Below, piece by piece: positions 54,380 through 64,000 of a DNA stretch of 64,000 nt (within the stretch, counting starts at the first letter, position 1; every line of letters starts with the position of its first letter). Made by a program: the position numbers and the translations under genes. This DNA is from the human T2T-CHM13v2.0 reference genome, Homo sapiens. Location of the stretch: assembly GCF_009914755.1 (NCBI RefSeq), contig NC_060929.1; one strand, written 5' to 3'. Below the pieces are notes generated by a model, which worked only from the letters and a program-made list of their open reading frames with translations, searched no databases and was not told where the DNA came from.

Positions 54380-55136
54380 TGTCAATGGAAAAACCATACT
54401 CTGTAAAATATTTTAAAGACATTTACAATGTTAAGTCTGAGCCAATTTGAGTGACTGTGGCCTGGAGAAAACATAAACCCAAGAATCCTTGAGTAAGTGG
54501 TCCTGAGCCAGTTAGATTACAGTTTGGTTTTACATATAGGTTAGGGAGGCAGGTGTTAGAGGCAAAGACATAAATCAATACATGGAAGCTATACATTGCT
54601 TCAGCCCCCAGAAGCAGGATATCTTGAAGCAGAGGGCTTACAGGTTATGGGTGGGTTCAGAAACTCTTTAATTTGCAATTGGTTGAAGGAGTAAGGCTCT
54701 GTCTAAAACTTGGAGTCAGCAGAAAGGAATGTTTAAGTTAAGATAGGCATGCGATGTCAGTGTCAGCCACAACATACTGGGTTAGAAAGACCTTTTAAGC
54801 CATACTGCTGTCCTGCAGGCATGGTTTAACCCTTGCCTGGCAAGGCCTTAGGTCTTGTTCATAATTTGGTATCTTATTGTCACAAAGAGTCTGCTTTATC
54901 AGTCTTGGGATCTCTATTTAACATGAAAGCTGGCCAGTGTTTTGTCTAAACTCTAAAAGGGAGAGAATATAAGGAGGCAGGTCTGGCCTCCCTTCCTGTC
55001 ATGGCCAGGAACTCAGTTTTTAGGGTTTCTCTGGAATCCACTTGGTCACTGGGGTGAGGTGGGCAGCAGGGGGGTGAGGATCAGGGGTTGGTCCATTCAC
55101 TCAGTGGAGGGCTTAGGATTTTATTCTTAGTTTACA
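54380..55136 (-). mobile_element. MER39/MER4-group solo LTR (ERV1)
   Basis: Minus strand begins TGTAAACTAAGAATAAAATCCTAAGCCC and ends ...TTGACA; AAAACTGAGTTCCTGGCCATGA; TSD ATTC/TTTC. Confidence 0.9.
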
Positions 55137-56174
55137 TTTCACAGATATTTGAATGCCTTCTTTACTGGAGCTACAGTGGTCAGAAATAAATTTCACCTGG
55201 AAACAAATGAATTAATAATTATGTCATAGAAAGTGCATTAAATAAATTTTGTGAAGGAAGACTGTGAGTCGTATGAGAACATAGGCTAGCCACACAGTTA
55301 CTCAACTATTCTGTCCTTCCTCAGGTTAGTAATGACAATAGAGACATCCAAGTAATGAGCATAACTTCTTTAGGCAGAGGAAAGAAACAATTAGTAATGG
55401 CCTGACTCTTGGAAAACCTTCCTAGTACACACTCCCTTCAGCCCCACTATTTTGCATAAGAAAGGCAGAATCTGCCCCAAGGTAAATTTTTTTCTCTAGA
55501 TGCCAAAAATTGATGTCTTTTCTTTCCTTTTTTAAAATAAAAACTCATGGTTAATACAATTAGGCACATTTATATTTTCAAAAAGATATTTCTATTCAGT
55601 ATCACCTACGTATCTAAGTATTCTCCAGCTATTCAATTTTAAATTTATCCTTTTTTTTTCAATTGAATCTTTTCTTAGATAGGCAATTAAGGAATGGTTC
55701 AGAAGTGGCATTTGAAACCCACTGTACTTTTTTGAAAATAGAATTCATCATTCCCTCAGCTAATGTGTATGAGGCATTTAAATTTTAAAAGATGGCCTTG
55801 CTGGTTGTACATGACACCAAGAACAGGCAAAGCTAAAATCTTGAAAGGTAGCACACCATGTTATCAAATGCTCTTTTCCCTTCGGGTAGTATTACTTACA
55901 TTGTGCAAATATGTTATGCAAAATAATCTTAAAACTGATTCTGCATCTTTGCCTCAGGTTCATACAATATTCATTGAAAGTTTTACAAAAAAAGAAATTA
56001 ATTTAGTATAAAAATCACGCATTTTAAAATACCCATGTATATCAATGCAACAACATTCCAAATGCAGGCTCAGAAAAAGTAAGGAGGAGTTCAGATCAGA
56101 ATTTCGTACATTTTATTTAATTACTTGTGTATATGTGTGTTTCTAGCATTCAGTGGTAACATGAAACCTGAATG

Positions 56175-56642
<468 letters not shown>

Positions 56643-57681
56643 AATATAAGAAACTCAAACAACACTATAGAAAAAAAAAAGGCAATAATCTGATTTAAAA
56701 ATGGGCAAAAGATCTGAATAGACATTTCTCAAAGGAAGACACACACATAGCAAACAGGTGTTTAAAAAGTGCTTATCATCACTGATCATCAGAGAAATGT
56801 AGATCAAAACTACAATGAGGTAGCATCTCACCCCAGTTAAAATGGCTTTTATCCAAAAGGTAGGCAATAAAAAATGCAGGCAAGAGTGTGAAGAAAAGGG
56901 AATCCTCATATACTTTTGGTGAGAATGTAAATTAGTACAACCACTATGGAGAACAGTTGAGAAGTGCCTCAAAAAACTAAAAACAGAACTACCATATGAT
57001 CCGGCAATCCCACTGCTAGGTATATACTTAAAAGAAAGGAAACCAGCATATCAAAGAGATATCTGCACTCCCATGTGTATTGCAGCACCGCTCAGGATAG
57101 CCAAGATTTGATCCATCAATAGATGAATGGATAAAGAAAGTGTGGTACATATATTCACAGTAGAGTACTATACTGATATAAAAAGTATAAAGATCCTGCC
57201 ATTTGCAACAACATGGATGGAACTGGAGGTCATCATGTTAAGTGAAATAAGCCAGGTATGGAAAGGCAAACTTTATATATTCTCACTTATTTGTGGAAGC
57301 TCAAAATTAAAACAATTCAACTCATGGAGATAGAAAATAGAATGATGTTTACCAGAGACTGAGAAGGGTAGTGGGTGGGAGTGGAGTGGGGATTATTAAT
57401 GGATATAAAAATATAGTTAGATAGAATAAATAAGAACTAGTATTTGATAGCACAACAGGGTGACTACAGTCAGGAATAGCTTATTATACGTATTAAAATA
57501 ACTACAATAGTGTAATTAGATTGTTTCTAACAGAAGAAAAGTATAAATTCTTGAAGCAAAGGAACCCCATTCACCCTGATGTGACTATGACTGTTATACA
57601 TTGTATGCCTTTATCAAAATAGCTCATGTACCCTATAAATGTTTACAACTACTATATACTCACAAATATTAAGAATTGAAA
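56643..57681 (+). mobile_element. L1MA (MA2/MA3-like) 3' end, 5' truncated
   Basis: ORF2 C-terminal remnant (AAAATGGGCAAAAGATCTGAATAGACATTTCTC, TACCATATGATCCGGCAATCCCAC), 3' UTR TAGTATTTGATAGCACAACAGGGTGACTA; TSD AAAGATGAAATGA / AAATATGAAATGA. Confidence 0.95.
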
Positions 57682-59534
57682 AAATATGAAATGACATCAT
57701 ATTGAAGTTTTAGTGCTGTGAAAACCGAGAAAATGCTATATAGATCTAACTCATTAAATGTATGAGTCAACTTCTCTGACCTGTACATAGTGGTTTGGAG
57801 AATCTGTCAAGGATATCAACATTACCTCTAAAAACAAAAACAAGTCGTAGAGAACCTTGATTCCTTTGTGTGTATAGACAGTGTGATTTTGTTCATTTGG
57901 CTGGGCCAGATAAATGAGTTCATATTTTTATTTGTACATACACAATAAAGTACCTTTTCTAAAGTTTCTGCAACTTTAGGAGTTTTCCACTTATTGGACA
58001 AGTACATGGTAGACTCCTGAATCTTCTATAATTTTAATATTTGAGACTTGTAAGCTTTATATTTCTGATGTTGCAATTATATGGATTGGAAAGTATTACA
58101 TGATTGTGAACCGTCTTATGTAAGCAAATTTTTAAATGAATTTTCATTGTGTATTTTATCTTATAATCCTGAGATACAAAATTACATCAGATGCCTCATC
58201 TTTTGAAAGAGTTTTTTTATTATTAATCTCGCATGTAAATCATAAGATGAACTTTTTTTCCATTTTCTATTAAAGCTGCTTTGCTCATTGACTTTTATAC
58301 TTTACAAGTTAGTTTTTATACAATTTAGTTTTTATCAGTTAGTGAATTCACTTTCTTTGTCCAGAGTATCATTGAGTGTCATTAAGTGATCATTCCATTT
58401 GGAAGTCTTGGAGGCCCCCTAAATCTTTGCTTCTGACCTGATTTTACACTAATGGATTATTCTGCCCTTTGACAATTAGATATATTTTGGCCTGAAAGCA
58501 AAATTGTCACTAAGTAAGTAAACATTGCTAATAAACCACCATTTATTTATTTCAATGTTTTTGTGGCAGATGATGACTTTCCCAATACAAGCACTTTACA
58601 GTAAATTTCTTATTTCTTGTCTATATGAACAGTAGAATAAAAAAGATTTCATTCACATAATGAAGATGAGATGAATTACATGGCAAAAATTAAATATTTT
58701 GGATTTTTCATAAGAGTGCCAGAATTCAAGTTAAAAAATTACTCATCTATATAATTTGCTTTCTTGAAGACCGTACTTTTGTATTTGTTTATTTGTATCA
58801 TTAATTGATACTCACATGCTCATAGTTCAACAGTTATATGACTCAACAGTTGTACTGGCGGAAGGAAATGCAGTAATCCTTATGCCCCAGGTACCAAAGT
58901 ACCTAATTGAAATGCACTACAAGGAAAAGTCAAGTTTATTACCCTTGCCTACAACTTGTAGTGTGACATTTTGCTTTATAGCATTTGGAGTCTTTCACCT
59001 CCCAAGAACAATGAACTTCAAAAACATAATACAAGTGGGAAAATTGCCTTAAAAATGTAATTTTAGAAATGATTCTTTGAAAACACTGTTAAACGAGAAA
59101 GTCTGATAAAAAGATGAAACTAATATTCCATTCATCTTCTGTTGATTCATATTTAAACCCAATGTAAAGTTCAGCTGTTTAGGGGAAAGAGAAAAAAAAT
59201 ATGTTGATTAAATGAAATAAGTCAGGATGATTCCTCAAAGTTTAAGTCAAATATCCCCATTTGAGAGTCTTTAGTGTGTAGCTTGTGATTTTTTTTTCCT
59301 TTGTTGATTTTTGTTGTTGCTTTCTCTGGGTTAAATATATTTCAAGGAAAATAACATAATTCTCAAATCCATTATTTCCTCAGGTGTTTCCATTTTCTTT
59401 TAATATGGGGTAACTTAATCAAACACAAAAACATAAACAAATAATTTCTATTGTAAAGGAAGGGTAATCTAATTGAGCAGTGGAGCAGTGGTAATCTAAG
59501 CACTAGACTTTGGGTTGTAGTTGGGGCTTTCACA

Positions 59535-59660
59535 ACAATAATTATCATCGGCAATAGTGAGGGCATTGTATGAAGGATTTCACACATACTACATCAGTTC
59601 ATCCTCCAATCAGTACTGAGAGATGCGTATATTGATTACTCCCGCTTTACACATGATGCA
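59535..59660 (-). mobile_element. MIR fragment
   Basis: GGCATTGTATGAAGGATTTCACA, TTCATCCTC, CTGAGAGATG, CCCGCTTTACACATGA. Confidence 0.55.
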
Positions 59661-59867
59661 CTCACTTTTTGCACTGACTGTGCTCTAAGTTTGAGGACAA
59701 ACTTCTTCCCACAGGGTCCATCTATTCATACCCCAAATAAATTTAGAACAAACCACTTCAAATAAACATAATCTAAGTAAAAACAGCCTACTCTCTATGC
59801 AGGCACTATTTTTTAAACTCCCACACTTTTTGTGGCTACCCACTACCACTTCCTTTAATTTCTAATC

Positions 59868-60169
<302 letters not shown>

Positions 60170-61549
60170 TTAATCAATTTTCTCTTAATCCCTTACCGTA
60201 GTCAAATTATGGAGCCAGTACTAAAGAAAAACCAAGCTAATGTTCCTCATTTCCAAGGCAAGCTCCAAGCCCCCCGTATCTTCCACAGTGTCAGCTTCCA
60301 AGTTGTTTTCAACAATCGATGGGAATTTTCAACTTTTTAAAAATTTTACAGAGAACAAAAGAGAGAGAAATCAAAATTCTGAAACTCGTCTCTTAACATC
60401 ATAGCAAAGATTGACCCAAGCTGTGGCACCAGATCTAAGTTCTAAGGAGCATGGAGGTTCAGAGTTTGCCACCCACAAGTTCAAAATCCCAGACAATTTT
60501 CATAAATTGATTATTTACAAACAGCAAAACAAAACAAATAAATGCTCAGAGAATTTGTCAACTTACTTCAGTCAACACTGACAGTGTTTTGGCTTCTCCT
60601 AATTTTTAATTTTTGTAAGTAAAATTGAAAAATAAACTGAATTCTGAAAATGCCCAAGGGCCACAAATTTAAAATGAGATTGATGCAAGGATGCCAATCC
60701 ATCTATCCCTGCTGCAAAGGAAATTGCTAATGGTGCTGCCACTTCAGAGGAGGAGCCTCCTGAAAGTTTCATGAGATCAAAGACCAAAAAAAGTTACAAA
60801 TAAACCAAAGAATCAAGACTGTCTAATCTCCCCATTCTTACTGTTTACAACCGCAACTATTTGAACTGTAAGTCATTATTAGGCTCATAAAGCAGCTTTT
60901 GAATTACAGAGAAGTCATTCAGAATTTGAATTCTACTGTTATGCTAATACCCCAGGAGAGAGAGCTACCTAGGACTATTTGATAATTGCATGGGGTCCTT
61001 TACTTCTATAAAGACTGTAAATATCAAGCCTTATAACTTTGAAGTAAATAATACTATTTATTTATTCCTAATCTGACATTTTATCTATTCTTCATGAAAA
61101 ACTTATCTAAGTATTGCTATAATTCATGGGGTTCCTTGGCACCATTTCAGGAAAAAGAAAAACATGTTTTTACTTGAATTATATTTTAAGAAAAATATTT
61201 TACTGAGTTAAAAACTGATGCACATGAATCTGTGAGATTGTTAAAATGGAAAATAAACATCATTTGCAGGTTACATTGTACTTTGAGAGCCTTGGTTCCA
61301 ATGCTAATTCTCCTTTCTTAGACAAAATGTACTCAAGTGGTCAGCAGAGAGATCTTCTTAGAAAGCTAGAAGAGCTAGAGAATTTTTTAATGGGGACCAT
61401 AAAAATCTGCTGAGAGCCAGACATTCATTTCTATAAAGACATGAACTGTCCAAATAATGTGGCCCAACACAAGCTCACTGCTTAAAGCACCAGGTGCCAC
61501 ATTGCAAATAGTGTGAAAATTGCCTGCTGAACTTGGACCCAACTTGGTG

Positions 61550-61800
61550 CACTAGTCATGATCCCTGCTCTCACAGAGTTTACGGGAAATGAATGATCAA
61601 GAAATAACAATTGAGATAGTGAGAATTATGAGGAGATTCAAATAAGGCTGTCTCTTGTCTCTTGGGACCTACTTGAGACAGAGTGATAAGGGTCTGAGAG
61701 GAGACATTTGAGCAGAGATCTGAATGAAAGGGAGTGAGGCATAGAAAGATCTGGGGACAATCATGTCAGGCAGAAGGATCTGCGGTAAAACATTCATGCA
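61550..61800 (-). mobile_element. L2 fragment
   Basis: CATGATCCCTGCTCTCACAGAGTTTAC, GACATTTGAGCAGAGATCTGAATGA, AAGATCTGGGG. Confidence 0.7.
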
Positions 61801-62974
61801 GAAAGACGCGTTTGTCTAGAAAGAAGATATAAAGACATTCTTCTTCCAGCCACCCCCACCTTTGACTAACAGCCAAATGGGGGTGTGTATTTGGGGCTAA
61901 CATAATAAGAAAAATCAGCTCCAGATTCACCCTGGAAGGGGTTTGCTTTCATTCACTTTGGAAAGGTGGGTTAACAATGATAATGCCCTCCTCAACTTTC
62001 TCTAGAGCGTTGCTAGGGTGACACTGTAATTCAAAGGACAGAATATCAATAAAGCCAGGATGTACAGGAATGTAAACAAGCTTTAAAAAAATAGTCCAGG
62101 TGTTTGTTAAATAGACCACAACGGGACAGGTCCATTATCATTGCAGAAAGCTCTGTACTTAGTATGTCCAATTATCTAAATAGCTCAAAAACATAATCAA
62201 TCCATCAGTAGTATTCAGCTTCTAGCTCTGATATCTGATTGTGAATTCTCTGTGTTTATTCATATTTCTGCCAAATGTCGATCCAGAAATGTATTAGCAT
62301 CTGCCAGTGATGAATAAACATAAGACTGTGCTCCTCCTGCAATTCTTAGTCGGGCTCATGGAACAAGGGCTAGTCCAATCCATACCCTGTGGATGTTTCT
62401 TCACATCACAGAGCTGTGTTATTTTCTTTAATCGAGTCAACATAGTCAAGAGTCAAGAATGATTCTAACCTTGAATCTTTGGCCTTCAGCGGCAGCTCCA
62501 CATTTTTCTCTGCACTTGCCCTACCTAGACTTGTGCATTTTAAAAGGCCAGCTCTGGTTGCTTTCTTGTCCTTTAATTTTCTTGACAGGCAAATACTTGT
62601 GGGATTCCAAAGATACTGGTTCTGCACATCTCTTGGGGCTGACAGCATCCACTAGTGCTTGGGTGGAGAGAAGCATAAAGGGAGAAGAGTGAGACCTGCT
62701 GCAATGCCCAGTCACCCCAGGCTTCTGAGAGTGAATGTGCCCAGTGGCTCTGGAAGTCTTTCTCTGCTTGCATGACATGCAGTGTTGTATACTAAATCGC
62801 TGTTACTTAGTCCCTTATGTACATGTGTTGTGGGATCCACCTATTCTTGTGTCGGTATAAGAAGAGGTAAGGCAACTTTGATTGGCATGAATGTGTCACA
62901 CACGGTGCTGTGTGGACATGCCAGTGCTATTCATTTCTTGAAGCCAGTTGCATTGTGAGTATCAACAAATTTTC

Positions 62975-63332
<358 letters not shown>

Positions 63333-64000
63333 TAAATTGAACTGGGCACCCTCTTTGATCTCACTACTATTGTTTTTAGGGGTCATGTTCTGTAGTTCAG
63401 CCAAAAGTGTAACAGAGGCTAATTGAACCCAATGTTCCATCTATCAGCCTGTCTTTTGCCAGTCTGAATAGGTAAAGGGACTTTCAAAGTATATGTCCAA
63501 CTTGGTGCTTATCTGCATGCGTGGGGCCCAGACTAAACACTCAAGTCTCCATTCTATGTGGGAAAACCTAACAGAGTCATCCAGCATATTTGAGAGAAGG
63601 AAATTCTTCGTAGCATTTCTTTGTCCATGGGAGTGTGTTTGTGTCTGTGTGAAAGAAAAAGAATGTACGTATGTGTGTGTTGTGTGTGCTAGGAGAGAGG
63701 TGTTTGCACTTCACCAATGTTGTTACTTACCCATAAATGTCTACCCGTAAACTGAGCTACCTGCTCCCACCTATTAAGAGAGTCTTAGAATACTAGTCAT
63801 ATTAATAACCCTATTACTTTTGTTATAGTGAATTCTAACCTTCTCCTGAGCATTCTAAGTTCTTTCGTATCTTCTTATTTGCTGTTCCATCTACTGATGA
63901 TCACATCTTCAAATAATGAACTTCTCTTTGTCCTTTAGGACCATGCCTTTAGAAAAGCCTTCCAGACCTTCCGAGTCCCCAACAGTTCATATATGCCATT

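Noticed and set aside
56655-57333. ORFs over the L1MA (e.g. ILPFATTWMELEVIMLSEISQ)
   Set aside because: Broken remnants of L1 ORF2 C-terminus; no intact reading frame.

Overview
This is AT-rich, CpG-poor simian-primate (human-like) genomic DNA, intronic or intergenic. I find no credible protein-coding gene, RNA gene, CpG island or CRISPR array. The supplied ORFs are Alu-, L1- or LTR-derived or are chance ORFs. The window holds 19 Alu elements (8 plus, 11 minus; J, S and Y types, many with visible target-site duplications), several old L1 fragments, L2/MIR/MER5 remnants, MaLR (MLT1) LTRs and two solo ERV1 LTRs (MER41B-like and MER39/MER4-like). Subfamily calls and the boundaries of old repeats come from remembered consensus sequences and are approximate. 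I could not identify the locus and see no evidence of a novel biological system. The best leads are regulatory or structural: a repeat-free 44.2-46.3 kb block with clustered PBX/MEIS/HOX and nuclear-receptor motifs beside an interleaved inverted repeat, a MER41B LTR with one intact STAT1 GAS site, a closely spaced inverted AluY pair, and several candidate non-coding exons on the plus strand.
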